Notes: generated by a model not told the origin, from the sequence alone. Positions 1 through 13,397 are shown, counted from the first letter of the whole stretch. The stretch: DNA of 63,109 bases, filler included, from Octopus bimaculoides (GCF_001194135.2; 4 parts of 4 records of this genome joined end to end with filler, not necessarily neighbours in it), one strand, 5' to 3'. A program made the numbers and translations.

Positions 1-20
1 TTTTTTTTTTTTTTTTTTTT

Positions 21-99
21 GGTACTTTTCACTTTTATTTAGTACAGTACTTTTTAGATATTGAAATAATGCTTTTTAGAATTTTATACTGGCAACCCT
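21..99. mobile_element. Probable right end of a hAT-like DNA element extending off the left edge
   Basis: Ends in CTGGCAACCCTG, the reverse complement of a CAGGGTTGCCAG-type hAT terminus. The partner end is not in the window. Confidence 0.4.
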
Positions 100-1459
100 G
101 AATGCTGGCAGGTCCCACAAAATGGCATCAAAGGTTTACAGTTCTGTGGATATAATAAACGCAGTTGACTGGATTATTATAAACTGACCACTAATCAGAG
201 AAAATGATTGATTCCAGTTATGTGATAAATGTTAAAGAAAACTATGATGTCACTGTAAGATGCAATCACACAAAGTTGCTCAACCACCCTGTCAAGATTA
301 TTGATCATTGTCATTTTAGATTCCATGGTGACATCTTGTGACATCCTGTCATGTAATAGTGTTGAGTCAAATGGCTCTTTTCAAAAACAGGAATTGACTC
401 GTATAGTCCTAGTAAATCCACAGAAACGACATCACTTCCCGTCCATTATTTCTCTAGTCCCTGACATGTAACTATGTTGGTTATTATGCATTGACATAGA
501 GCCGTCGAATTGCCTAATCAGTTTGCTGTCAGGTTGCTGGTTATAGTATGATTGAACAGTGTACCTCAGCTGCTATTTGTGAAATACTTAACACAATGTT
601 AGAATTTACTGTACATGTTGGTGCCTAAGGGAGTTTTTATTCTTTTCATAGAATTTTGGGGTGTCAGTGTCTTCACTCATGGTTTTTGAGGACATTTTTA
701 CTTTCATGTTCTGTTTTTGGATATTTTTTTTACAACAGTAAACTGCATGTTAATGCGGGTTTCATAAGTCTTCATGCCACTGAATTGCTGTTCCATTACT
801 ATCTTTATTCATTGACATAGAACAAGTCCTTGAAGCTTTCAAGTAGTCAAAGACTATTTGAAATATGACAGATATTGTCGATTTTGATTTTTCTAGAAGT
901 GTGTTGCTTCTTTAGAAACTGTAACTTTTTTACACTTTGTAGAGCTTCATATAACATTGAGATACCTTTGAGACTATTGCAGTGACATGTTCTGACTACA
1001 CACACACACAAACCCAGCAGTAAATGCAGTTTGCTTGTAAAAACTGCTCAACTGAGTTGGGTATGAAGTCAGTGCTTCTCCAAACATTTTTAATTATCGC
1101 TTTATTATTTTTTTATTTAGATATTTTTCAATGCTTCTCTGCTTGAAACTTAGCAAAATTAAATATACCATATATACATATCAATAGGTGTATATACACA
1201 CAAGTAAAGATGCCACCTAACACTATAGGTGCAGTAGCCCTCTTTATTTCATTAATTAGTCATTAATTTATGGGATTAGTAAAAAAAATTATTTAATGTC
1301 TTTTGGTTTTTTGTTTATAATTTACATGCATAGGTGGCATATATTCATTTTTGTTTATTTAATTAATATTTTGAAATCTGTTATTACTGCTGTGATGTTG
1401 CTTTTATAACTGGGGCTAACAGGCAGTTTATCATCATAATGGGCTCACAAAACTATACT

Positions 1460-1522
1460 ATGATTCCACCCATGCCAGCATGAAAGGCAGACGTTAAATA
1501 ATGATGATGATGATGATGATGA
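1460..1522 (+). mobile_element. Short RTE-type 3' tail
   Basis: CCACCCATGCCAGCATGAAAGGCAGACGTTAAA followed by (GAT)n; same tail as the copies at 3570, 6467 and 38660. Confidence 0.65.
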
Positions 1523-1720
1523 TATCAACATAGTGCCATTATTGGTCAATTGTGTATTTGTATATATACATTTTCTTATCTTTACTGACATAAAATGTAT
1601 ACTTGTGCTGTTGTTTGGACCAATGCCAACCTCATTCAAGTAAACAGGCCTATCATTAAAAGGTACTGCAGCCATGACATCCTATCATCCAAAAAAAAAA
1701 TCAAGATTGATGCATTAGAG

Positions 1721-1997
1721 CAGGGGTTTTCAAACTTTTTGACTTGCGGACCCCTTTATATTTCAGGCTTTACCTTAGGGACCCCCTTATAAATGCTTAT
1801 GAAATTTATACATAAATATTTGCATAAAATAACATATATTTTTACATTTATTTATTTAACAGTATTTAACAAATAAGTTTATTGTCAATTAAAAGATTTT
1901 GATTAAAAAACATATATAAAATCAAATTGCCCATAAAAAGTATTTGCTGTCTACGGACCCCGTCTTGTCCTTGCGGACCACAGTTTGAAAACCCCTG
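1721..1997. mobile_element. hAT (Charlie-like) MITE, complete
   Basis: TIR CAGGGGTTTTCAAACT / AGTTTGAAAACCCCTG; perfect 8-bp TSD CATTAGAG at 1713-1720 and 1998-2005. Confidence 0.92.
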
Positions 1998-2329
1998 CAT
2001 TAGAGAATGTAATCATAGAGATAGATACACAATGTCTGAAAAACAAAACGACTAGATGGTCACGGTTGGAATGCCTTTTGATGATAAGACTGATTGACCA
2101 GGACTGATATGAGGTTGAATTACAACATGAATAAGAGAGCCAACATTGCTAGTTACATGACCTGCTGGAAATAGCAATAAATGTCCCTCAAACTACACTC
2201 TACCATCTTAAAGAGAATACATTAGTCAATGTATTCTTCTCCTTGATCTGTCTTGTAATTCAACTTCATGTCATTCCTGATCATCAAAAGGTATTCCAAC
2301 CATGACCATCTTGTTTTGTGGTCATTTCC

Positions 2330-2525
2330 AACCCAAAATATTCCACTTGTTTTATGCTCAAACTGGCCAGATTTGGCCTCTCAAACCTATCCTAGGAAGT
2401 CATTCTAAAAGTAAACATTCACATCATCGAAATCTCAAGGCTCTGAGATAATGCATGATTAATACAAAACAATGTGAATAAATAAACATAACATTTGACG
2501 GAGTAATCTGAATGCTAATGGGTTA
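2330..2525. mobile_element. Partial TTAA-bounded (piggyBac-like) MITE
   Basis: Homologous to 55237-55456; ends GCTAATGGG|TTAA. Confidence 0.6.
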
Positions 2526-3569
2526 AAAAAAAGCTTCACTGCTTTATGGCATGTCCATTATGGTTTGTCATCATGTATGCTTTTGCAGCATGTTGATGAC
2601 ACAACAGCAAAAGTCTTCCCAATTAAGCATGAGTTCTCCCATAGGATGGAGCCGTAGTATTACTTTGTTTTTACCTTCTTATAGTGTTTTATTGGCAGAG
2701 ACATTGAGGTGGTTTGCCATTGCCTTCCCCAATTGGATGGCCATTGACTCACAAGCATCTGTCATCTGTCCTTCAACTCATCTGTCCTTCAACAGGTCTT
2801 CTTTTTAGTCCTGTTGGGTATCCAGTCACCCTCCATTATGGTTTGAGGTGGGCAGTAAAAAAGGAAGTTCGAAATTAGATGCAAAACATCAGCTGTGCTG
2901 TTCTATTAATCTGGACTCTTATTTGAATTCATTAATGGTTTTTCTTGATCCATTTGTTATTCATAAATATAAGACAAAATTATTTAGCTCAGGTTGACAG
3001 TGATCAAGCAGACATATACTCAAAGATATTCAAAATCTAGCAATTCCATCTTTTATCCAGCATAACCCAATCTACTCTACATTTGTTTGAAGATAACAGG
3101 ATTTGATTTGAGGAAGATTTGGTGACTTTCTATAAGATTGTCTGGCAAAATAAATTTTTAAAGCTAGCTTCACACTGTATAGGAAATGTGTGGTAGCCCT
3201 GTATCAATGCAAAACTAAAATGAATGTAATTGATTTTTGAATATTTGCAGTACAAGTGAAAAGGTGTGCAAAAAAAAAAAAAAATGGGAGTGTTTTTTTG
3301 TTTTTCATAAAGATAAATATTATCTTCCATATTCTGATACAAAAGTGGGTAGTTAAAACATGCATTAACATAATCAAGTCAAATCTTGAACTTATATTTG
3401 GTCATGAGGGTATGGTGTCTGGTGTTGGAATTAGAAATGATTCATGATCTCTGCATCAGTCTGCAATGATCACCAGGTATAGTTGACTTCTGTTTGTCAT
3501 GCAGCAAATTCACTGGATGTAACTGGCTCAATTCATTTTGGGTGAACAGTGACAGAAGTTCTATTAATC

Positions 3570-3875
3570 ATCATCATCATCATCATCATCGTTTAACGTC
3601 CGCTTTCCATGCTAGCATGGGTTGGACGACTTGACTGAGGACTGGTGAAACCGGATGGCAACACCAGGCTCCAATCTAAATTTGGCAGAGTTTCTACAGC
3701 TGGATGCCCTTCCTAACGCCAACCACTCAGAGAGTGTAGTAGGTGCTTTTACGTGTCACCTGCACGAAGGCCAGTCAGGCGATACTGGCAATGGCCACGC
3801 TCGAAATGGTGTCTTTTATGTGCCACCCGCACAAGCCAGTCCAGGGGCACTGGCAACAATCTCGCTCGAAAATCC
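3570..3875 (-). mobile_element. RTE-type 3' UTR/tail
   Basis: (CAT)n then GTTTAACGTCCGCTTTCCATGCTAGCATGGGTTGGACG; reverse complement of 38800-39105. Confidence 0.88.
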
Positions 3876-4076
3876 TACGGAGACAGTAAATCAAAAACTG
3901 GTAACATCTAAATTTCAAGACTTCATTTTTATTCCACATACAAACTCCATTAGATTTGACTTTGACTGGCATCTCTACTTCTAGCCAGTTCACCATCATC
4001 CGTGTCATTATCATTTCCAGTGTTGTTTTAGCATCAAATTTTCCATGATCGCAGGAGCCCAGCAGATTTCGCTCAA

Positions 4077-4294
4077 GCCTTTGGCATTCAGATTCCTCTG
4101 CCAAATGCAATGCTTATTTATTCACATTATTTTTAATTAATCATGCATTATCATGTAGCTTTGAGTTTTTAACGATGTGATTGTTTATTTTTAGAATGAC
4201 ATTGTAGGGTAGCTGTGAGAGGTTGGATCTGGCCAGTTTGAACATAAAGCATACAATATTTGGGTTGAGTATGGCTGGTTTAAATGGTAATGGG
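4077..4294. mobile_element. TTAA-bounded (piggyBac-like) MITE, reverse orientation relative to 55237-55456
   Basis: Same internal sequence as the 55237 copy; right end GGG|TTAA. Confidence 0.65.
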
Positions 4295-4470
4295 TTAAAA
4301 TTTTTAAATTTTCTAAGGTTGAATGTCCTTCTGGCCAACCCTCGCACGTTTCCAAGCATGACTGGACATGTTTTCATGGAGGACTGGAAACAAATGGCAT
4401 TGATTGTATAACTGTGACATGTAATGTCAAGACAGGGAGATGCACACACACATGCTATATACACATATAC

Positions 4471-4502
<32 letters not shown>

Positions 4503-4642
4503 TATTCACTCACACACATATAACACGCTTCTTTCATGTTCTGTTTAACCAAATTCATTACATGGCTTAAGTCCCATACAATGGGACTGAACACAAAAGC
4601 AATATAGTCTGGAAGAGAACTTTTTAGCCACATAGTCTACAC

Positions 4643-5227
4643 CAGTGGTTCTCAACCATTTTTTATCTATGGAGCCTTTTGATGCCTATTTTACTTTACT
4701 GGACCTTGAAGGCATGTGAATGAGTGGTTAGGATATTCAGCTCACAATCGTAAAGTAATGAGTTCAATACCTGGTGTTGCATTGTGTCCTTGAGCAAGAC
4801 ACTTTATTTCACATTGCTCCAGTTTGCTCAGCTGGCAAAAACGAGTAGTATCTGTATTTCAAAGGGCCAGACTTGTCACACTCCGTGTTCCTGAGAATTA
4901 CCTTAAGGTTACATGTGTTTGTGGAGTGCTCAGCCACTTGCGCATTAATTTCATGAGCAGGCTGTTCCATTGATCCAATCAACTGGAAACCTCAGACCTC
5001 CTTGGTTTCTATTTATCTCTACTGAATCCTCATAGCCATTTGATGTTTTAAAAAATCCCATTATATTTTTATAATTAAATATTATAAGAAATTGTATAAA
5101 AAATAGCTTTAAAAAATTAAGATGTTTTGTGTGTTGTAGAAATATAACCAATTTATTGCAGAGAAATTTTAACAAAATCTTATATGGAACACCCAAAGGC
5201 CATATGGACCCCAATTGAGAACCACTG
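4643..5227. mobile_element. hAT MITE interrupted by a SINE
   Basis: TIR CAGTGGTTCTCAA / TTGAGAACCACTG; 8-bp TSD GTCTACAC (4635-4642) / GTCTATAC (5228-5235), one mismatch. Confidence 0.85.
4708..5000 (+). mobile_element. tRNA-derived SINE, family B (CORE-like centre), nested in the hAT MITE
   Basis: Box A/B-like head (AGTGGTTAG...GAGTTCAATACC), central GTGTCCTTGAGCAAGACACTTTATTTCAC, and tail shared with 23596-23790. Confidence 0.8.
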
Positions 5228-5249
5228 GTCTATACCAAAGTCAATTATA

Positions 5250-5978
5250 TTGAGTTATCTCATAAATGATGTAGTTTTTTTAATATTTCTTTTATCTTTC
5301 AGAATTAAGATAAACAAAGTTCTTTTGTAATCTAAAATATATTCTCCTTCATTTTCTTCAATGCTCTTGTAGACTTGCAAGGTCCTTCTTCTGAAATTCA
5401 CTTGCCCATAACGAAAAATATTCCTCCAGTATTGTTCTGACCTCATCTACAGAATTCATATATTTTCTGTCCAAATGATTTTGAAGACTGAGGAATAAAT
5501 GATAATCAGATGGAGCAATGTCCAGTGAATATGCTGGATGGTGCATCATTTCCCATTCAAACTGCCCAGCTTTTGGAATGTCATCCTTGAGCTCTACTGA
5601 TCTTCCAGGACGAGGCTCATCTTCTAGGCTGTAGTTTCCATCTCTGAATTTCTGAAACCACCATTGACACTAGCTTACACTTATTGTCCTATCACCATAT
5701 ACTGCATTAATATTCCTCTTACTTTCCGTTGCATTGTTGCTGTTATTGAACTCATAAAGCAAAATATGCTGAATATACATCTTTATCACTTGCATTACAG
5801 CTTTGGAACAATAACTGTTAAAATCAAACTGCACTCTTCAAAATTCACACTAAGAGTAAGGACAAGGTAAAATTACTACCTGCTTTTACAGCAAGTTGAT
5901 ACAGGTAGTTTATCCTGTCCCCCTCCAACTTTTAGTTTGTGCAATTGAAAAAACCGCATTATTTATGGGATGATCCAA
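5250..5978 (-). mobile_element. Internally deleted Mos1-like mariner transposon
   Basis: About 30-bp imperfect TIRs with TA TSDs (5248-5249, 5979-5980). The minus strand encodes WFQKFRDGNYSLEDEPRPGRS (HTH region) joined to HHPAYSLDIAPSDYHLF (mariner YSPDLAPSDY motif). Confidence 0.9.
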
Positions 5979-6466
5979 TACTTGTCAGGTGTTGGGATCA
6001 TTTCATTAATTATACCCTTTCAGGACACATTTATGTCTTCACAGCAAATGTAATTAATCGAAGATAACAATATTTGCTAATATACTAAGATTTTAGTTAA
6101 TTAAAAAAAAATTTTTTTTTAAATATGGTTAATGACTATTAATGGAATTATAATAATTATATAATCTATCTGTTCAATTAATGTTTCAAGTACATATCAC
6201 TTTAAAATAATTACCTACATCATTAGTCTAAGATACATAAGGATATAATTAGAGCTGTTTGGAAACAGGGGATAACACCAAGCTTTAACGGGTGAACTAT
6301 GAATCCTTCCTGCTTCCTACTATACACTTTGCAATACAACTAGAGTGAGAGGTTAACATCTTGGTTTTTCATCTGTGTGAGTGTATACATATATAAATGT
6401 GTGTGTATGTTTATGTGTGTGTACGTGTATGAATGCATGTATATATATATATATATATATATATAT

Positions 6467-6570
6467 GAGCCTGGTGTTGCCATCCGGTTTCACCAGTCCT
6501 CAGTCAAATCGTCCAACCCATGCTAGCATGGAAAGCGGACGTTAAACGATGATGATGATGATGATGATGA
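6467..6570 (+). mobile_element. RTE-type 3' tail
   Basis: Near-identical to 39009-39105; ends (GAT)n. Confidence 0.88.
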
Positions 6571-6960
6571 TATATATATATATATATATGGAAAAAAGAC
6601 AAAGTAGAAAATGCTAAAATACTTTATTAAAGAACATTACAGNNNNNNNNNNNNNNNNNNNNNNNNNNNNNNNNNNNNNNNNNNNNNNNNNNNNNNNNNN
6701 NNNNNNNNNNNNNNNNNNNNNNNNNNNNNNNNNNNNNNNNNNNNNNNNNNNNNNNNNNNNNNNNNNNNNNNNNNNNNNNNNNNNNNNNNNNNNNNNNNNN
6801 NNNNNNNNNNNNNNNNNNNNNNNNNNNNNNNNNNNNNNNNNNNNNNNNNNNNNNNNNNNNNNNNNNNNNNNNNNNNNNNNNNNNNNNNNNNNNNNNNNNN
6901 NNNNNNNTAAAATAACTCAATGTTCATAGACACACATTGTATGCATAACACGTGTGTGTG

Positions 6961-7005
<45 letters not shown>

Positions 7006-7814
7006 CATATGAATACAAAAATTTAATATAGCAGTGTGTCCTGGTTTGTAGGTCGCTCTGCCAGTCTCCAACCATGTGGGGAGGATAGAAAGAAAATTCG
7101 CTCATGAGTTTGTATCTCACTTCCTCCACATGAACATCACTGTGTATGTGTGCGTACATACATATGTGGAAGGAGGGGCAATTAATTTTGTTTCCATGTT
7201 GAGCATCCTCCTTAATGGAATGGTTACCCATATATTCGTAGCTGCTGTTGTAGTTGTAAGAGAAAAACAAATACTGTACCTATGTGACCTATAGTAGTAT
7301 CCCTTACCAAAAACATGTTTCTGATTTCCCTTAGAATATATATCTAAAATGCTGTGTATGTATATTTGCGTGTATATGTGCATACCCTGATAAACCAGAT
7401 TATTTTCTCATATCTAAAGATTTCAAGGAGTTGACATTAATCATTGGCAAGTTTAGAAAATATTACATATATAGCGGTTTCTTAGCTTAATGGTACAGTG
7501 TGTTCAGCCAGAATTTAGGAAGTACAGGGTTTGATTCCTTGTGGAGGTTACTGGCTGCTTTTGTCACTGGCAGTGCTCCCTCATGGCCACAGCCTTTGGG
7601 CTGAAACTTATATAAGAATATATATATAATTATTGATGTGTTCATTGCATGACAAATTACCATACAACATTGGGGCTTGATTTTCTGCTATGTTAAACTC
7701 TCATGGTATAATGCTGTCAATGGAGCATAAATATAGAATTGGGCTATTGTGTAGTAACAGGATCCACACACGCACACTGACACACATTTGTGTATGTATG
7801 TATGTATGTATGTA

Positions 7815-7830
<16 letters not shown>

Positions 7831-7875
<45 letters not shown>

Positions 7876-8039
7876 TATAATTCAGGGTTTCTATGAGATA
7901 CTGCCATGCTGAAAATAGCAGCTAAATCTTAGCTCTAAACCACAATAAAATGTTCATATAGCACACAGGAGCGAAGACAAAGAAAACAAAATAAACTATC
8001 AAAAATTACCTTTGATGGTTTTATTCCCANNNNNNNNNN

Positions 8040-8074
<35 letters not shown>

Positions 8075-8228
8075 TATAATTCAGGGTTTCTATGAGATAC
8101 TGCCATGCTGAAAATAGCAGCTAAATCTTAGCTCTAAACCACAATAAAATGTTCATATAGCACACAGGAGCGAAGACAAAGAAAACAAAATAAACTATCA
8201 AAAATTACCTTTGATGGTTTTATTCCCA
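7831..8228. other. Probable false duplication across a 10-N gap (assembly artefact)
   Basis: Sequence ending at 8029 is repeated identically at 8040-8228 across N8030-8039. Confidence 0.85.
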
Positions 8229-9131
8229 TGCTGGCCACTTGATAAAATCGATAATTAAATATCGATCTTATCCTTATTTATATAAATTATATATATATAT
8301 AATAGAAAATTTAAGCAAATACGTATAATTAGATTAGTGTTTAAATGTTGAGTAGAACACCAGCACAGTTAAGGCTATCTGTTGTATATGTTTCATTTCC
8401 TGTGTTTTACAAATACATTTGTTGGACAAATATGTTCTATGTTATTTGAGGTATTGTTTTGCAGCCGGGTACTTTTCCTGATGCTAACCTTCACCTGGTT
8501 TTCAAGAAAGGGATCCCTTTTAACACTCTACCTTGAAGGCTCAAAATGTCTGGATTTGTTGACAGAATAACTGACAACCACAACACTGCCCACCGTAGCT
8601 ATCATAAAATGCAGTCACAGTTGTAAGTGAAACCACAGTGACATACACACAAACACACATACCTATACAAACATTCAGCTTCTACCTAGCAAAACGCTCT
8701 TACAAGGCTTTGGTCTGTTGATATTATTGTAGAGCACACTTGCTAAACAGTGGGATTGAACCCAAAGCCATGTGACAACAAAGCCTCTGTGCATGTGTGT
8801 TACACATACAGATGCGCGCGCGCATGCACATACACACACACACACAACATATTCTTTGAACCTAATTCAAGCGACTTGGAATTAAAAACGAACATGAGAA
8901 GCCTAACTGTTAATACATTCTATTCATAATTGGATAACATAACTGTCAGTATGGAAACCGGACACTAAAGGATGATGATGAGGATGTTGTATGTGTAACG
9001 GGATGAACAGTCTGTCTTTCTTACTTAGCTTCTCTATGTAACTAGCTATGATTACAAGCAGCAATTCCTAAACGGCCATATATTTTTATATTTTGTTAGA
9101 CTCCCAGTTATGGATAAAACATATTTTCTCA

Positions 9132-9463
9132 TACTTGTTTCAGCCACTGGGCTGTGACTATACTGGGGCACCTTTGAAAGGCATAGTCAAATAAATTCAT
9201 CCCTGTACTTATTTTAAATCTGGTAATTTATTCTATAATTTCCTTTTTGCTGAACCACTAAGTTATGGCAAAGTAAGCAAACTAACACCAGTTGTCAAGC
9301 AGTATGAGGCAAGCACACACACACACACACATACAGAGGACAGGCTTCTTTTAGTTTCTGTCTACGAAATCCAATCACAAAGGCTTTGGTCAACCTGAGG
9401 CTATATTAGAAGACACTTACCCAAGGTGCCATGCAGTGGGTCTGAACCACACAGCCACTCCAG
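9132..9463 (-). mobile_element. tRNA-derived SINE, family A (diverged)
   Basis: Colinear with 15965-16386, with CpG-to-TpG/CpA decay. Confidence 0.8.
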
Positions 9464-9507
<44 letters not shown>

Positions 9508-9519
9508 NNNNNNNNNNTC

Positions 9520-10905
9520 TGTCTGTCTGTTAACATCTTGCTGCCCAAACCAGGGAACCAGCTTGCACCAAACTTTGTATACATGTTGAACTATAGTTCA
9601 ATTATAGGCTAATTGAATTTCAATAAAAATCGATAATGGACTGACTACAGGGGTTGGGCTATTACAGGATAAAATTAGAGGGGTGCAAAAGTGTTAGGTT
9701 CAGGGAAATGTGGCTGATATCAGAGGAGAGGAGACAAGGAAGAGATAGATACACAGGGGATGTGAGAGACAGGCAGAGAGAATGACAAACAAGAACGTCT
9801 TTCATATATATAAAAGAGAGTTTGTGTGTGTGTGTCAACCTTATGCATTTGAAAACTGAGTTGCTGATATTGGCGTATGGGATATCAAAAGATTCAGTAA
9901 TCTTACAACTACCAAATAAACTTTATTTTCATTTACATATTTGCATTACAAAAAATTTACATGGTAATCTTTCTATAAGTCAGCTATCGTAAATATTCTA
10001 TACCATGACGACATCACATTTTCTATATGAATATGTACCTTAAGAGGCATCCATTTCTCTATATGTTATGACGAAATACAGTCACGCACTCTCTCTCACA
10101 TGCACATATATATACAAAAAAGATGTGTGCATATGTATTTTTGTATGTTCATATGAAAGATGTGTGTGTGTGAGACAGAGAGAGATACCAAGTGAGTGCC
10201 ACTTACACATACATAACACACCATCACTCACTCTCTCTCTCTTTCTCATTATCTCTCACACATACACACACACACATACATGTCCATTTCTTATACATTT
10301 ACATATGTCTTCCATTTTCTTCTCTCTTTCACTTTCTCATGTACATACATCTTTCACTTTCTCCTCTCTTTCACTTTCTACTCTCACTTCAAAACAAATG
10401 TCACGGTTTTACTTTCTCTTCTCTTTCAATTTTTGCTCTCTTCAAAGCATAAAGAAATTTAAAAAATTTTTACGGAAATTCATAATATACATTTGAAAAC
10501 TGAGTTGTCGATTTTGACATATGGGGTATCAAAAGATTCAGTAAGCTTACGACTGTCAAATAAACTTTATTTTCACTTACATATTTGCATTACAAAAATT
10601 TAACATTATAATCTTTCATATGAATGTGAAAGATAATGTGCATGTGTGAGAGAGAGAGAGAGAGCAAGTGAGTGCCACTTACACATACATGCAAAAAATA
10701 CATACATAACAACACACACCTTCACTCACTCTCTCTCTTACACATGCATACAGACACGTCCATTTGATATACACTTACATACATCTTTCACCTCCTCTCT
10801 TTCACTTTCTGTTCTCCAAAGCAAATGTTGCTTTCTCACTTTCAATTTCTGCTCTCTTCAAAGCATAAAAAAATTTAAAAAATTTAGAGAAATTAATGAA
10901 TAATC
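9520..10905. repeat. Repeat with an approximately 645-bp diverged tandem duplication, possibly a non-autonomous Helitron
   Basis: The GAAAACTGAGTTG...CAAAAGATTCAGTAA block occurs near 9851 and 10495. A TC..TATATATAAAA start near 9799 resembles Helitron 5' ends. No clear 3' hairpin/CTAG found. Confidence 0.35.
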
Positions 10906-12935
10906 ATATGATCCCATATGATTAAGTTGACAACCTTCCTACTTCTAACAAAGGAATGCCATAAAATAACTTCCTTAGGCACACATGCGCGTGCACACAC
11001 ACATCCTAGATAAAACTTCCGTATGAAATATGTTATTTCTTGCTATGTGCACATGCAAAATTACAGCTCAAGTCCAATTTGACATCACCCTTTTCTGTTC
11101 TGCAATTCCTGCTTGTGATGAGTGTATTTAAAAACCTGATCTTCAATAAGGAAGTTCTCCCAGAAATCCTACCTGTTGTTTCTAGCATATCCTAGGTGAC
11201 ATTTGTGCCCACCCCACTGATATTTTTCCTAAATTTCTTCCAATTCCTATGTTTTTAATACAGGAGATTAAGATTTCACCCCCAAAACACATTCTCAATA
11301 TTTTAATTTTCTTCCTTCCCATCTCAATTTCTTCATTTTTTACTTTTTCTGAATTTTTTTTCTTGGTAATCCACAGAGAAAAAAAACAAAAAAAACACAG
11401 AAGACGAATCTTTAAGAATTCTCTTCTTTCTTTTTTCTTAAAGAAACACTAAAATCTCCTTCCCAAACATCCACCCATCACCTCACTGCTTTCAAAAAGC
11501 TACAAACTCCCAATGTTTCACTTTTAGCTTTTTGGAAAGCGAGGAAGTTTCTTCAGAAATAATGTTGTTCACCTGTTATTTCTAGCATGTTGGGTTTTCT
11601 GGTGGTGCTCCAATNNNNNNNNNNNNNNNNNNNNNNNNNNNNNNNNNNNNNNNNNNNNNNNNNNNNNNNNNNNNNNNNNNNNNNNNNNNNNNNNNNNNNN
11701 NNNNNNNNNNNNNNNNNNNNNNNNNNNNNNNNNNNNNNNNNNNNNNNNNNNNNNNNNNNNNNNNNNNNNNNNNNNNNNNNNNNNNNNNNNNNNNNNNNNN
11801 NNNNNNNNNNNNNNNNNNNNNNNNNNNNNNNNNNNNNNNNNNNNNNNNNNNNNNNNNNNNNNNNNNNNNNNNNNNNNNNNNNNNNNNNNNNNNNNNNNNN
11901 NNNNNNNNNNNNNNNNNNNNNNNNNNNNNNNNNNNNNNNNNNNNNNNNNNNNNNNNNNNNNNNNNNNNNNNNNNNNNNNNNNNNNNNNNNNNNNNNTATA
12001 TATATATATATATGTATATTTGTAACTACATGAAGGGTATGTGCGTCTTGAGCAGGCTGTTCTGTTGATCAAATCAACTGGAACATTTGTTGTCATAACC
12101 AATGGAGTACCAGGCCATGGGTCACATTGACTTGATCAAATGGAAGCAATGTAATGCAGTGAAGATTATTTTCTGTCTTGCAGATTACAAGGTAACCTCA
12201 CTAATGCTAGTGCCCTAATAATATGTACCCAGTACACTCTGTAACAAGGTTAGCAAACAAGTGGCGACAACATAGGGTTGAGAGGACATTTTGTCTTGGT
12301 GAGGATATGATAACCTCTTTAGCTCTTGTGCACAAACTCTGTAAGGTAGTTAGTGTTAAGAAGGGTGTCCAGTTGTAGAAACCATATCAAATGAATCATA
12401 CAAGTGAGGTGAGGTTCCACTCAGGAGGGCAGTGAGTCTGGATAAGAATTTACTTTAACCATGATGACCTGCATAACCTATTCCAGCATGAAAAGTGAAT
12501 GTAAAATGATGGTGGTGGTGGTGGTGGTGGTGGTGTGTGATGGTGATGCTGATAATGAGGGTGGTAGTGTTGATATATATGTATTAACTAATATTAGTTA
12601 AATGTGTGGATACAGAAAAATATTAAAGAGAACTAATAGCAGGTACCAAGTGGAAACTGAACCCAAATTTTTCACCTATATTGTGCCATGAAAGTGAGGG
12701 TGAGTCATTATTGAATTGTAGCTCCACAATGATAGAAATATGGAATTATTAAACAAAGACTATGTCACAGTATTCCAGTACATGGTAGACTTCCAAGTCC
12801 CTGTGTAAAATATAATCTTGTTATGTTTATTGCTCCAAGGTACCTAAAGGATTAGAGGTAGTGAGAAACCATTAGTAACGGTGTGAGTCATCAGCTTGGA
12901 ATAAATATATATATATATCTCATCATCATCATTTA

Positions 12936-12966
<31 letters not shown>

Positions 12967-13043
12967 TAAATTTACATGTATACTAAGACCTCTTTTTCCC
13001 ATTTACACGTCCAAATGTGTGTGGGTGGGTGGGGGCAGTATTC

Positions 13044-13397
13044 TTTTACTTGCTTCACTCATTAAACTGTGGCCATGCTGGGGCATAGCCTTGAAGAATT
13101 TTAGTTGAATGAATCAATCCCAGCACTTTTTTCTTTTCATTTTTTATACCTAGTACTTATTGTATTAGTCTCTTTTGCCGAACCACTAAGCTACGTGAAT
13201 GTAAACACACCAACACTGGTTGTCATGTGGCACAGTAGTGGACAAACACTGACACAGATACACACATGAATAAATGATGGGCTTCTTTTAGTTTCTATCT
13301 ACCAGTTTCATTTACAAGGCTTTGGTCAGCCCAAGGTGTCGTGTAGTAGGGCTGAACCCTGAACAATGTGGTTGGGTAGCAAGTTTCTTACACAGCC
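13044..13397 (-). mobile_element. SINE family A (diverged)
   Basis: Colinear with 15965-16386. Confidence 0.75.

Noticed and set aside
1-39. Minus-strand AATAAA 13 nt before a run of at least 20 A, suggesting a retrocopy or gene 3' end
   Set aside because: It lies within what appears to be a hAT element end (terminus at 99), and A-runs are common here; no upstream mRNA-like ORF.
6611-7071. Long ORFs spanning N runs (also 11569, 22986, 26292, 27704, 41008, 43337, 45012)
   Set aside because: They are open only because N codons contain no stops.
12166-12200. Apparent 8-nt microexon TTGCAG|ATTACAAG|GTAACC
   Set aside because: It falls inside a diverged copy of the RTE-type tail repeat.
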